NCBI RefSeq assembly: GCF_009914755.1
Contig: NC_060931.1
DNA from: the human T2T-CHM13v2.0 reference genome, Homo sapiens
Direction: 5' to 3' (one strand)
DNA: 64,000 bases
Part shown: one piece after another, positions 17,363 to 31,844 of the stretch
How the letters are laid out: every line of letters begins with the position of its first letter
Numbering within the stretch: position 1 is the stretch's first letter
Translations under genes and position numbers: made by a program
The notes under the pieces: generated by a model
What the model saw: the letters and a program-made list of their open reading frames with translations, nothing else
The model's database searches: none
What the model was told of the DNA's origin: nothing

Positions 17363-18569
17363 AAGGCTTTGCAGGGTTTTGAGCCATAGGAGTGGGCAAA
17401 TAAGCTATTTTCTAAGTAAAGCATTTCTGGAAATAAATTTTCAAGTCCTCAATACTACCAATGCTAGTAGTTGTATAAGCGGAATACTTAGTCCTTAGAT
17501 GCAGAGATAAATATACTGTGTTAATCCTAGTAAAGGATTCTTTAAGGAGAAAAATCTTTAAAAAGAAGATTCATTGACAATAATAGAAATGCATGAGCAT
17601 CAGGCATGATGTTAAAAATATCTATGGGGAAAATAGGGCTGATACAAACTAGGAAAAGAGGGAATTTGGACAGAGCAGGGGATGATCCCTGTGAGAGAGA
17701 TTCTTGCTTATGGCACTAGCGAAAAGAAAGTAATAAAACAGTAAGGTTCTAATGTGTTTTCATCGTAATTTAGAAGTGCATCCTCTTTACCTTCTTCAGT
17801 AAGTTTGAAAAGACTTAAAATGAAAGTATTGGTATACATTTAGAATGTTTCTTTTGGGAGGACAGAAAAAAAGCTCTGCAAATATCAACTATGTTGCAGT
17901 CATTGTCCATGGTAGTTGCTGGGTATAATTAGGACATAATCTTCAATGATATTTTAGATAATGATCTTAAAAGCTTTTCAATGCATTTTTCTTTAATTAT
18001 TAAGGAAATGGAAAAGCAGTTGTTGTCAATGTCCATATGGGGGCTTATATTTTACTTGTCACAAGAGTGTAAACTAATGAAAACAAGGTCACAAGGTTGA
18101 CACACTTGCCAGAGAAAGAACCTACAATGCATAATCAAAGATGAGACTTACCATTTAAAACTCATTCAATGACGGCTCGTATTAGTGATATTCATGTGAG
18201 AAGTACATGGAGGAGTTAACTATTTCTTCATATATCCAATGTTTGCCATGGATCATAGCTGTAGCAAAAAGTAAATTCAATAAATGACTTTTTTATACAC
18301 TTTCAAAGCATTTGAAGTTCTGTTTAGTGAGAGAACTTTAGTAAATATTTTTAGAAGTAGTAATCAGCCATTAGGACAAATGAGAAAAAAAATCACTACA
18401 AATAAATGTGGACATGGCAGGAGATCCAAATGAACTTCACTGGAAGAAAAGTGCCACTCTACTGGTGGGGTAGGGCATTTCAAAAAACAAACACAATGTT
18501 AGCCTTAACATTTCATGTTTAAGTTTCTTTTATTTTGTACCATTAAATATGTATAGTATGTAGATTTGT

Positions 18570-19197
18570 TGTTGACAATAGCAGCCGCCAGCCATATGTA
18601 ACTGTTAAGGACTCAAAATCTGGCTAGTATGATTTGAAATGTGCTGTAAATATAAAATGCACAGTAGATTTTGAGACTTTAAGAATTTAAAATATTTTAT
18701 AATGGTTACATGTTAAAATATTTTGGATATTAATAAGTTAAATATAGTTTTGTTTTGTTTGAGACAAAGTTTTCCACTTGTCGCCCAGGCTGGAGTGCAA
18801 TGGCATGATCTTGGCTCACTGCAGTATCCGCCTCCTGGGTGCAAGCAATTATCCTGCCTCAGGATAGCTGGGATTACGAGCGCCTATCTCAGGATAGCTG
18901 AGGCAGGCCTATCCTGCCTCAGGATAGCTGCCTCCCAAGTAGCTGGGATTACAAGCGCCTACCACCACACCCAGCTAATTTTGTGTATTTTTAGTAGAGA
19001 TGGGGTTTCACCATGTAGGCCAGGCTGGTCTCAAACCCCTGACCTCAGGTGATCCACCCGCCTTGGCCTTCCAAAGTGCTGGGCTTGCAGGCATGAGCCA
19101 GCATGCCTGGCCGGTTATTTCTTTTTACCTTTTAAAAATGTGGCTGCTAGATAAATTACTTAGGCAGTTTGCATTACATTTCTATGGACTACACTGG
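18570..19197. mobile_element. MER33-like DNA transposon split by an Alu
   Basis: ...gaaatgtgctgtaaatataaaatgcacagtagattttgagac... resumes after the Alu with aaaaatgtggctgctag...ttgcattacatttctat. Confidence 0.6.
18747..19112 (-). mobile_element. Alu (Sx-like) with internal rearrangement
   Basis: Reverse Alu lengthened by repeated CTCAGGATAGCTG units. Confidence 0.93.
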
Positions 19198-19268
19198 AGG
19201 AGAGATTTCTAGGTTTTTTTCTAGAACACACATTACATCTAATCATTTGCCACTCGATTTTTAAACAG

Positions 19269-19338
19269 ATGCAGCCTCATTTCCACCTTTTGTTGAGAAA
19301 AGCCAGGTATTGCAGTTCTTTTCTTCTGATATTTGCAG
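19269..19338 (+). CDS. CD36: CD36 exon 9 (70 nt)
   Basis: aacag|ATGCAG...GCAG|gtaaga; DAASFPPFVEKSQVLQFFSSDICR. Confidence 0.97.
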
Positions 19339-20209
19339 GTAAGACAGATACTGAAGTATAAGTATGTCTGAGTCAGACCCCAGGTGACAAAATGCAGACC
19401 AAGAAACTTAAACACAGCATAGGAAATTCATCATGTTTATTAACTAACTCTTTGCAAAATGTTCTTCTGCATCTTCCAATTTTTAATAGTACAAATTTTT
19501 TTTTTTTTTGCCATTTCTATCTAAGCAAGAACCATTTTGCCTTTTAAAAACTAAACTAGTAGTCTATTAACGATCAAGTCCAGAAGGGCGTGCCCAATCT
19601 TTCTAAAGACATACAGAGAAGATGATGCAAATGTAACAGAACTGTGTTAATGTGCTCTGCTCAGATTTGTGGGGCCCAGTAGATAACACACAAGCACTGG
19701 AGCCTTTACCACTACCCTTGAGCCCAAGCTCTGTCCCTAAAGACTGTATGCTTGTGGGTAGGCATTTAACATCTCTGAATTTTTTTCTTATCTGTACAAT
19801 TTAAGACAGCAGTATTTCTTCATATACGTGTATCTGGGGATAAGAAAAATATGTGTATTGAACCCTATGATAGACACTTGGTAAACGATGGAAATGTACC
19901 AGGTATATATCCAGCATGTATATGCATACACTCCAGTGAGTGGTCTTTCTTTCCAGGATTAATTAAGCCGTGAAAGAAACTATTTCATTTAAACTGATCA
20001 CAAATAAAGTATTTGAAGGAAGTCCTATAAATATTTACTCTATTGGATAAATTGCCTGTGAGAAGTAACTTGAGTATAAATAAACATGGTACTTCACAAA
20101 CAAGAATAGTTCATGCTTGGCTATTGAGTTTTAGTATGTGTTAAAATTTCCCAATCACTTTTTTTCTAAGAATGAAACAAGAATTTAAAAGAGTATATGA
20201 TGTTTCTAA

Positions 20210-20485
<276 letters not shown>

Positions 20486-20513
20486 TAAATAACCTCAGTA
20501 GCACAGTCCATAC

Positions 20514-20649
20514 CATAATTTGTGATATTCTTTAAGATGAGAACTTTACCATAATCCTTTAGCAACCAAAATTTAAAATATATCATAATTTGTGATATTC
20601 TTTAAAATGAGAACTTTACCATAATCCTTTAGCAACCAAAATTTAAAAT
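20514..20649. repeat. 70-bp-period tandem duplication
   Basis: CATAATTTGTGATATTCTTTAA(G/A)ATGAGAACTTTACCATAATCCTTTAGCAACCAAAATTTAAAAT at 20514 and 20584. Confidence 0.95.
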
Positions 20650-21224
20650 TAAAGTAAGAAAGTAATTAGGGCAGAAGAAAGAATGGTGGCAGAAAATTTT
20701 AGTGCTGATTTTGTATTTTGGGAAGATCCCACTTGTGTTTCAGTATTACAAAATTTAGTTAAAACCACACCAGTATTTCCTTGTGGCTGCTTTTAGATTT
20801 AGGGTGAAATGAAAATAATTCCGAGAACACATTAAACATCCTGTTATTCATCTGTCCTAACTTTTTTCACTAGAAAATGGTACAGGTAAATGTATTTTCA
20901 GTATGTATCTAAAGCTAGAGTTAAACATAAAATTTGGAGACTAGCTTATCCTGTACATATTTATCATACTAACGTGGGTGTGGAAGAAGAAAGAAAAAAC
21001 TAGTGTTAAATAAATTCTTAGTCCATAGACATATTACTGCCTGAAAGCTTTACATATTGAAAATTAATACTGAAGGAGTTTATAGTAGAAATCAACTGAC
21101 ATAATTCTTCCCCACCCATGTTAAAAACCATGTATTTTTTAATGCAAGAAGCTTTAGTTTTGTGGAAATATTTTTTGAGTTATATGTGAAATGAAGGAAG
21201 TTATTAATTCCAATTGACTCTTAA

Positions 21225-21413
<189 letters not shown>

Positions 21414-22085
21414 TAAAAATAATCTTGTCGATGATTATTTATTCAATAAATAATCATATTTATTGAATCACATTCTTGAAAGTTACTGAAACTTAGGTCG
21501 ATTTCTTCCTATGGTTTATGAAGTGATTCTAATTGGCTTAAAATAATTTTATATAAATATTTATGTTTAGATGAGGAGTTATTGTATATTATGCAAAAGT
21601 CAAAGAGTATATGTGAGTTTGACTATACTTATTGTCAAAATCTATAAAATTGTTGTAGCGCAACAGTTTTAATCATCTTTATTTTTGTATTTTCCTTTTC
21701 AAAAAGTAAATGAAATTCTAGGATTTTAGTAGTTATGTTTTAGTTTAAACAATGACACATGGATTCTAACTGAATATATATTTGACCAGGAATTATCTGA
21801 GATCTTATATTTTGTTGCTGATTTTTGATTTTTTAAAAACCATTTCAAGTAACTCACAAATCTAACTAACTAAAACCTTGACATTCGATTGGGCAAATAA
21901 ATTGTGTGTATCTATATGGATGCATGTGTATATAACTATAACTATATATGCAGTTTTAAAAGTTTCAATTAGTCCTGTTTAACCTTAAGTTACTACCTTC
22001 TCTTCTGCTGTAAGAAAAATAAGTTTTGAATAGTATAAAATAATGTTTTTAAAAGTTGGTAATTATTTAGTTGTTCTCTTTTTAG

Positions 22086-22159
22086 ATAACTGGATTCACT
22101 TTACAATTTGCAAAACGGCTGCAGGTCAACCTATTGGTCAAGCCATCAGAAAAAATTCA
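22086..22159 (+). CDS. CD36: CD36 exon 12 (74 nt)
   Basis: tttag|ATAACT...TTCA|gtgagt; ITGFTLQFAKRLQVNLLVKPSEKIQ. Confidence 0.97.
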
Positions 22160-22670
22160 GTGAGTCTCTTGAAAATGGTTATTTTGATATGATCTGTAGT
22201 ATCGTAGTATCTTCTTGTAAGAACATGAGTAAATCTATGTAAGTAAGTGGAAATAACATCTGATATCAACTTATCTTTAGCTTAATGTCACCAATCATTA
22301 TTAAATGCTTATGACTAATTTCACAGATTTTGGAATGGTTTTATGGTTTTATTTGAGCATTTGATAGCATCTCTTATTTTGTTAGCTGCCCAAATATTTC
22401 TATGACAATAATTAATTTTTGGAATTCATATTTCAGTTCCCCGAGAATTTATTGAAAGGAAAAATCCACACTTGTGAAAAAAAATCAATGTGATTAGAAG
22501 ACATATAAGAGCAAAGGAAGTCAAAAACAACTATATTAAAATTTAAATGAGTCATTACAGGAACAAAATCAAATTAGCAACAGCAACTAATTTATGAACA
22601 TTTATTTTAAAGTTTGTTATATATAAATATTAGTTTATATGTTCATAATTATTTTCAACGTATATTACAG

Positions 22671-22725
22671 AGTATTAAAGAATCTGAAGAGGAACTATAT
22701 TGTGCCTATTCTTTGGCTTAATGAG
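22671..22725 (+). CDS. CD36: CD36 exon 13 (55 nt)
   Basis: tacag|AGTATT...GAG|gtttgt; VLKNLKRNYIVPILWLNE. Confidence 0.97.
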
Positions 22726-23292
22726 GTTTGTATTTGCAGCTGTTAGTCATTAAAAACAACCTTCTTTGTATATAAACAAGCTCTTGATGTTTCAAAAGAA
22801 TGTATAGTATTTAAAGCTATATGTATTTCCATTACCCATATGGATGAGTATACATTTATTTAACCTATTTGAGATGATCCAATTGAACAAAAACATTTCC
22901 TATCATTTAAGATTTTCTTCAAAAATGCATCTATTAAACACATTTTCTTGTTGTAACATTTGTCTTCTATTGCCTGACAAGGTATTTTTACTATAAATCC
23001 ATGCATTGATAGCTATAAAAATAGGAAAAACATTGAATAAGTCTTTGGAGCAAATGAAACTGTTGACCCTTTGATAGTTCTGAAGAGCAAATGAATCCTA
23101 GTACATTGAAGAGTACCGTACTCTATCTGGCACTTAATTGCCTTTCTTGACTTGCAAAAGGAATTCCATTAACTTGCCTTATAGATACTGATGACTAACA
23201 CCAATAGAGGTGTTAGAAAAAAGGGTGATAGGCAATTGAAGGGTTTATTTTGTTTTACTAACGTACCCAAATAATGTTGATTATTAACTTGA

Positions 23293-23463
<171 letters not shown>

Positions 23464-23730
23464 GTAAGTATGTACCAAAAAATATTGCTTCAATAATATT
23501 AGCTTATATATTACTTGTTTTCACTTTATCAAAGAGAAGTTACATATTAGGCCATATATATTTCTAGACATGTCTAGCCACTGATCATTTTTAAATATAG
23601 GTAAATAAACCTATAAATATTATCACGCAGATCACTAAAGTATATCTTTAATTCTGGGAGAAATGAGATAAAAGATGTACTTGTGACCATTGTAACAATA
23701 GCACAAATAAAGCACTTGTGCCAAAGTTGT
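23464..23730 (+). other. CD36: CD36 3'UTR, exon-14 read-through form
   Basis: AATAAA at 23604-23609 and 23706-23711 downstream of the stop; 3' end approximate. Confidence 0.7.
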
Positions 23731-26700
23731 CCAAAATTGACTGGTTCATTTCTCAATTATATAGCTAGTTATATATTATCTGATACTTAAAAATAATTGA
23801 CTAGGAAATGGTTTCATAAGACCAGGATTGCTGCATGTAGACATGCTGGCCGTGCATTTTCCAAATCCAGAAAAGTCCTGAACAAAAATTTGAATATAAT
23901 AGTATCAGGAAATAGGGGAAAATAGTGTTCAACATAGTAGAACCAAGTACTCAGAGTGGTGTACAAGAGTTTAGGCCTCTATGCTTTAGATATTAGTGTC
24001 CATGCACTCTTAAAGATGAATGAATGCCTGACCTTTCCTAAAGGAAAACCTTTTTTTAGTTATCACAGGTAACATTGGTGTTGCCTGTGGGGGAGAATTT
24101 TTTACTTTCTCCCTATTTTTCTTCAGCCCACCTCAAGGCAATGTAAATAAAAGCAGTATGTGTGTTATAATAACTTATTTAGTTGTTTACTGTGTGCCAG
24201 TACCATGCTAAAGAAAGATTCTTTATCTCACATGATCCCTAATACAATTTCATGATTTTCCAATAGCCTGGATTCATCAGCATCCATTCTATCTTCTAGA
24301 GATGTTCCATGAAATCATACATTTTAATTGTTTGTGACCAAAGCATAAATCAGTGAAAGTGGAATTTGGGGACCAATAATTTCCTTTTGTGAGATGGAGA
24401 GCTTGTGTTTGAAAAGGCAACCTAATTTTTGGTTCTAATCACTTCTACCACTATTTAGTCACCAAAAAGACAATAATTCTGCATCCAAACTATTTGGACA
24501 GAATGGCTTCAAAATGCTAGCCTAAAATGTTCACATTATAAAAAGTTAAATATTACCTTCAATACCTGTCAGTAGCCTACTGACAAATTATGACTAAACA
24601 AAGGTATTTGTATGACTATGTAATAGATCATCCGCTGAAAAGTAAAACAAAATAACAAAAAAACTTGTCCTAATGGGAAAGCATGCTTAATAAAAGGAAA
24701 TGCAGAAGTTATAAACATGTTTTGTAAGTAAGTATTCAGAATTAAAATTATGTGATACATTTTTATGATTGCTTAATGATCCTTGGATGTCAGATTCCTT
24801 GGGTCTATTTATAGCTAAATTATAATGAAAAATTCAAGGCTTGCTGGAGCAACTTTGTCAACAAATATATTAGTTTTGCTTATATATTTGATTTTTATGT
24901 GGAAAAATTACTACCCTTTTTTACAAGCAGAGAATAAACTGTTGATTACTTGATTTACTAGATTTAGAAGAATCACAAAAGATATGTAGATTTTCTTAAG
25001 CAAAATTCAGCTCTTAATATCATAAAAATTATATCTTTGGGCAGATTTGTAAACAATAGGAACAAGTAAGAAGACAGGTATGTAAGAAGTAGCAAAGTGT
25101 AAGACGGTGGAGCTTTAATGTGTGGTTTTACTCAGGGGGTCACAAGAAAATAACCCAATGGTCCTTTTGAAAGTAGTACATACACCTTTAAATGGAACTT
25201 GGTCTGAAGGGTGTGGAAATGCTGGTCCAGGGCAGATGCACTTCAGCTACCGTTCCTTGCCTGGTGTGTGCTTGTCTTGAAGCACCCTTCTTATGTGCCT
25301 TTCTGGAATGGGAATGTGTTTTGCCCTATTGGTGAAGTCCGTTAGAGAACTTCTCTCTGCAGCTAGAGAAACTGAACTGATTAATAAAAAGTATGATATC
25401 TAAGATATACTGCCACTCTACAGGTAGTAAATGATTCTTCACATTTGTGCGCCAGCTACATCATGACCCTTGGTAATACCGACCAACAGGATGAAAATTG
25501 GATATGCTTTACTTTTACAAAGCACACCTTATCTTTTAGTTGAAGAAATGGTGGCACTATTTCTTTTTTTGCACTAAGCAACTGCACATTTCAAAAGGAT
25601 TATTGAGATGTTATGAAAATCTCTACCTTGCACAAAAAAAAACCCAGCAGCTTTTAAAATTCATCATTTCCACAACTGAATTGATTTCCGTTTCTACAGA
25701 CCTGGCTCAAGCACAAACCAATTTGTGTTGTTCTGATTCAATAATTGGTTTCTGGGTGGCCAATTCAGAAGAAGAGTGTACATGCTCAACAAATCCTAGG
25801 CCCTGCATTCCTGTCATCCTCATCCGGGGGAAACACCATCATCCCAGTAGCTGCCCTATTCAACTGCAACAGTCTCCAGGACCATCAGTATACTGCATTT
25901 CATGTGCACCAAATATTTTGAAAGACATTTATAAATAATTGGCTTATGACTCATATTTCTCTATGAATACCTTCATACAGCAGGTATAACTCTTTTCTTT
26001 ATGGGCTTAAATATTTTGTCACTGATCCTGCAAATGGACATCATTTTAGCACACTAGCGGTTTATATTTTAAGGACCTTCATTCTCTGTTCTGCACCTCT
26101 TCTGGAAATTGAGTAAATTTTGCTTTTTTTTTTTTACTCAGTTGCAACTTACGCTTGGCATCTTCAGAATGCTTTTCTAGCATTAAGAGATGTAAATGAT
26201 AAAGGAATTATTGTATGAAATATTACAAAGCGTAGACTATGCATTGTTATTCATTATAATATTTTTTGCTGTCATAATCGCCTCATAAAGACAGGTTTCA
26301 ACCATTAAAATATGTTCTTCCTTAAATTCCTGTGCTTTTTCTAGTTCCTCTTGTGTCATAAAATGTTTATCCTAATTTTCTCTCTGAAGTATATTTTATC
26401 TGAATCCACATTTCTTTATAAATCCATAGTCCTTGCTGAAATATGCTTTCTAAATTTCTACCACTTTGTTCTAGGCTAATTTTTTAAGCTAATTGGATGA
26501 AGAACAAAAAGACATTTGGTTTCATCCTTTACAGCAGTAGGACAATTGCAAAGGTTTTTCCTTTTTCATAAGGAGACACATTAATAGGTAACTCTGTTTC
26601 TTGAGCAGGGGTTCACTTATTCTGAGAGCATTAGTTCTCCTAAAAAGCTCCAGCATAGAAAGGGAAGATAAACCAAATTCTAGCTTGTGTTTTACCCACA

Positions 26701-27396
26701 GAAGGATACAGGACAAAGGAATAGTAACTGGCCTGTTTGGATACTAAAATCGAAAATAACTTTTAGCCTCCTCCTTATGATAGCCGCCAGAGTAAATGTT
26801 GAGCATTACTACAGAAAAGCCACAAACCAAGAATCTACCTGTTTGGAAAGATCTTTTGCATCTCTGAAGGTGCTTAAAGCATACTTAGTGCCTTTCCTTT
26901 TAACTGGGAAGATAAAAGAAGTATCTGTCCAAGATATTAATATGTAAGATAACATTGTAGACATGTTCTTCTGATAATACAAGGTTTATTCTATTTGCAT
27001 TAGGATATTTGTGGACATGTCCATCTAATATAAAGGAAAGTTTTTTAATCATTGAGGCATGTAGGGCTGAGTTATATAATGTAGAAACTTCTAAAGATAA
27101 TTGGATGAGAATATACATATTGACCTGTATATTATGACTAATCATGACTCAGATCTTAATACAGGGATGATCTCATAGCATTTAGATATCAGAAAAGGTT
27201 TTGACCTATATGTCTTTAATATTGTTTGAATACATGTATAATCTTTATCATTCCTCAGTGTTTCATTTCTCAAATTCTGTAAAAGGAATATAAGAGGAAA
27301 GACAATTCATATACAAAGACAACGAGATTAAAAATATGCAGTAGGAAAAATAATTACTTAAGGGGAGATTTTTTTTACATGAAATCTGGGCTTTGG

Positions 27397-27397
<1 letters not shown>

Positions 27398-27427
<30 letters not shown>
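27398..27427 (+). repeat. (TG)15 microsatellite in the long 3'UTR
   Basis: Direct read. Confidence 0.97.
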
Positions 27428-27428
<1 letters not shown>

Positions 27429-27892
27429 ACATATGCACTGTGGTGGGAGTGGGGCAACTTGGGGAATATGTTACATGTGTGACTTTGTTTTGCCCTGGCG
27501 AAGTTAATGTTGTTCAGAAAGGGTAAATGTTTGGACACTTGCAATTGCTCATGGATGAATTTATATGTTTTAGTCATAGAAAAATTGTACCCTTTGATAG
27601 AAGCACATTTTCTTTCCAAAGCTGGTTATTAACCACAGAATTATAGCAGGTATTCATAACTTAAGTTTGAAAATCAATAGCGTCTGCAAATGGATTAACA
27701 GATTAGAGAATCAACAGCATCGGAAAATAGGTTAATGCATATTGCTTCTAACAAGTGCATGAAGAAATAGAAGAAGCTATGTAGCTTTCAGTTCTGACAG
27801 AAAAGGGTGAAGGAGGGTATCATTTCAAGAAAAAAAATAGCTATCACGCAATGGTTATCTCTGAAAATATTTGTATTAAGATGTGTATACAT

Positions 27893-28189
<297 letters not shown>

Positions 28190-28849
28190 TTAACCTGTTA
28201 TCAATGTCTGAGCTACATAATTATCTTTCTAGTTGGAGTTTGTTTTAGGTGTGTACCAACTGACATTTCAGTTTTTCTGTTTGAAGTCCAATGTATTAGT
28301 GACTCTGTGGCTGCTCTCTTCACCTGCCCCTTGTGGCCTGTCTACAATTCTAAATGGATTTTGAACTCAATGTCGTCGCTTCTGGTTTCCTGCATATACC
28401 AATAGCATTACCTATGACTTTTTTTTTCCTGAGCTATTTTCACTGAGCTGAGCTAATGAACTAAAACTGAGTTATGTTTAATATTTGTATCAAATACATA
28501 AAAGGAATACTGCTTTTTCCTTTTGTGGCTCAAAGGTAGCTGCATTTTAAAATATTTGTGAAAATAAAAACTTTTGTTATTAGAAAAATGATTTTGCTTA
28601 TTTTTATTTTTGAATGTAGTTGACTTCCATATTGTTTGATATTGTTACTATAGTTTTATATGAGCTATTATCCTTTCATGACTTATTTACATATCACTCC
28701 TATTTCCTTTTTCCAACTGTTCCCAGATGCTAGTAGTACAATCTACACATTGCAAAACGTTTCATTCTGCATACTCATGAAGGGGGCTGTGACATAGGAT
28801 AAATATAAATATTTTAAAATTTTCCTTTAATTACATGAATCTTAGACAA

Positions 28850-28985
28850 ACAGCCTCAACATCACCTGGGAACTTGTTAAAAATGCAGAATCTCTGGTTC
28901 TACCTCAGACCCACTGAATCAGAATCCACAGTTTAACAGGATCTTTAAGAAATTCATAGACACTCGAAATTTTGGAAAAGCCCTG
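28850..28985. mobile_element. MER5A-like fragment
   Basis: catcacctgggaacttgttaaaaatgcagaatctc...cagacccactgaatcagaat. Confidence 0.75.
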
Positions 28986-29627
28986 ATTTAAGTCACTGAA
29001 GTTTGACTAGCTGTAAGAGTTTTATTTGACCTGTTGCTGGTATTAGTTTGATGTATTAACAGAAGGACATAAACATACTGAGATGAGGGGGAAGTTCATC
29101 AGACCTGAAAATGTTGCTATAAATATCCCACTAAGTTTTATAATTTGCCCTGTTGAGCTTGTAAATATTTTCAAACAGTAATAAAGCTAATCTATATGGC
29201 AGAGTAGAGGGTGAAGTGGTATTAAACTTTATACTCCTTTGATTTGCTGGAATGTGTTATTTGATCTACTTGACAGTATTAACGACAAATATATATACTG
29301 CATGTAAAGTAATGAATAGGTTAGGAGCAGATAAGGGATACTAAAATTGGAGACAGGTCCTAGACTTTATCTGATATAAAAATTATTCATCTGAATAAAG
29401 AGATTCTTCAGGATCCAGTAGCTTTCTGTTTTATAAATGTATACTGAATAATAGCACTGGAGTTGTACTATGAGCACAAAACTGGGCTAGACTGCTAGAT
29501 GGCCTGCTTGCCACATGTCTGCAGTGGAGTAGGGAGCAGGAGCAAGGGAGGGGATAAAGAGAAGAAAATTCAAAGAGTATTTACAGTGGAGAAAGTCTAT
29601 ACTGTTATATAGAAAGTGAATGAGGAA

Positions 29628-29920
<293 letters not shown>

Positions 29921-31844
29921 GAGTCAATGAGGCCGGTATGAAAGAGCTGAGCTTGGAACTATCTAGGCTTAAAGTGACAGTTTGGCAGCTGTTCCTCAGC
30001 CCTAATCTTGTCTTCATTCTACATGGTTGAGGACTAGGGCATTTGTGGAAAGAGGAACCTACGTAACAGAGAAGGCTCTGAAGTAAGTGGTGAGTAATTT
30101 CACATACTCTGCCACATTAGCATTAAAGAATAGAATTCAGTTATTGGAGACTTCTGTGGAATCATCTTAGAATGGAAATACACACGAAAAGGATTTATAT
30201 ATCTTTGGATATAGACTAGGGAGCAGGACTCTATTTGAGAGTAGAACCAATTTGAAATACCAATGTAGGTTAATGTTGGATATGTCCTTGTAGATACTTG
30301 AAAAATTATTTTTAAATGCTGCTGTGATGAGTTTGTGAAACTATATCTATACTGGCTAATTTAGGAATGTTTCTTTATCCACTTTCATTGCCTTTCCATC
30401 TTAGCCCTGCAGCCAGCATATTCACAGTTTGTTTAGTAGAAGTACAAGTCAGCCACAAGGGCATCAGCAGAGTAATCAAATGCACAGTAGGATTACTTGG
30501 ATTCTGAAATTTCTCTTGCAGATAATCTCTTGCCAGAAAGTATTGCTCTTCTATTTCTGTTTTCCATATTATTTAAGGACATTTAGCTTTGCTAATAAAG
30601 GAAACAAATGACAAACATAGATGAAACTAAGTTTAAGGAAGTAGAGTACCATGTCAGATATCAAGGAAAGCATTTATTGAACACAGGAAGAGATGGAATT
30701 GTCAAATATACTTAAGCCACTAACTGTACATAACATACTACATTTATATGGGTCAAAGAGGTGTCCCACTAGTCCCCCTGCTGGCAATATGAATAAAACA
30801 AATGACAGACATGTCTGTTCAGCAGGCCTCTGGTTCTCTACAGCTGTGGCCAGGTATACTTTCCCCTGTGTCTCTCCAATATAACAAGAATTAATTTTGA
30901 CACCAGTCCCCTTCTGTATTTTGGACTCCCTTGCTTATACTCCAAATCTGGTTTTAGTAACCCCACCATTAAAAGAGAAAGTTGATGCAACAGAGAGACA
31001 GAACATATGAATATTGTGTACTTCAGGATTCATATATAGTGGGACTTTTACCCTCCTTAGTACTCTGTCCTAAACTTGTAAATCTATCTTTTCTCTTTGC
31101 CCTAGCTTCTCACTGTGCATTTGAAGTTGATCAATAAATTGTGATATTTAATAATCTTGAATTGTTCTACAATTTTTTTGTTCCTTTAGGACAGAGCTCT
31201 CGGATAGTGCCTGGTAGTGTACTTGGAGGCTAACATTCCCTTTAAGTAATTTACAGTGCAACACTATGGTTTCCATGTTGGGTTTAAATACAAAAGGTTT
31301 GTTTATAATAATTCAGCATGCAAAATATGAAGTTCAGCAGGCTTGCTAACTAAATAATGAATTATAAATATCATATGCAGTCTAAGACCTGAATGGCAAA
31401 TACATTTCTTTTACCAATCATTTGATAATTGCTTGAAATCATTTAGTTGAAAAAGTCTTGAATTGGTTAAGAATTATGCATAGACAGGTCTAAGATCTGT
31501 GTGGACAAAAGGCCAAAAGAATTAGCAAGGTCTGTCTTGGGAAATGTAATAGAGAAAATCTATAGTCCTTATGGGAAGGGAAGTCTCTAAAGGTAATTAT
31601 GAAATGGGCGAATTGATGTGAGGGTTTAAACATTGATACCATTAGATGAGTTAAACTTTTATAGTCAACTATTATCATTCATTGCCAGACTGTAGAACTG
31701 TCTAGTAACAAAAACTCTGTAAGTTCAATATGTATTAATAGTAGGGTTCACTTCTAAACATTAAAGCTACATTTGACTCAGTTTAATACACACGTTGAAT
31801 AAAATATTTATCTGATAAAAATGTAACTAAGCAAGAAAACAGTT

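Noticed and set aside
16854-17399. 181-aa ORF and other Alu-derived ORFs (792, 18723, 44847, 50662 etc.)
   Set aside because: Translations of Alu consensus sequence with no gene context.
18858-18930. CRISPR-like repeat-spacer pattern
   Set aside because: Human DNA, 13-bp repeats, spacers derived from the surrounding Alu, and no cas genes.
25540-25938. 132-aa ORF overlapping exon 15
   Set aside because: Starts at a non-ATG codon in the intron and has no recognisable homology; the spliced mRNA has already terminated.
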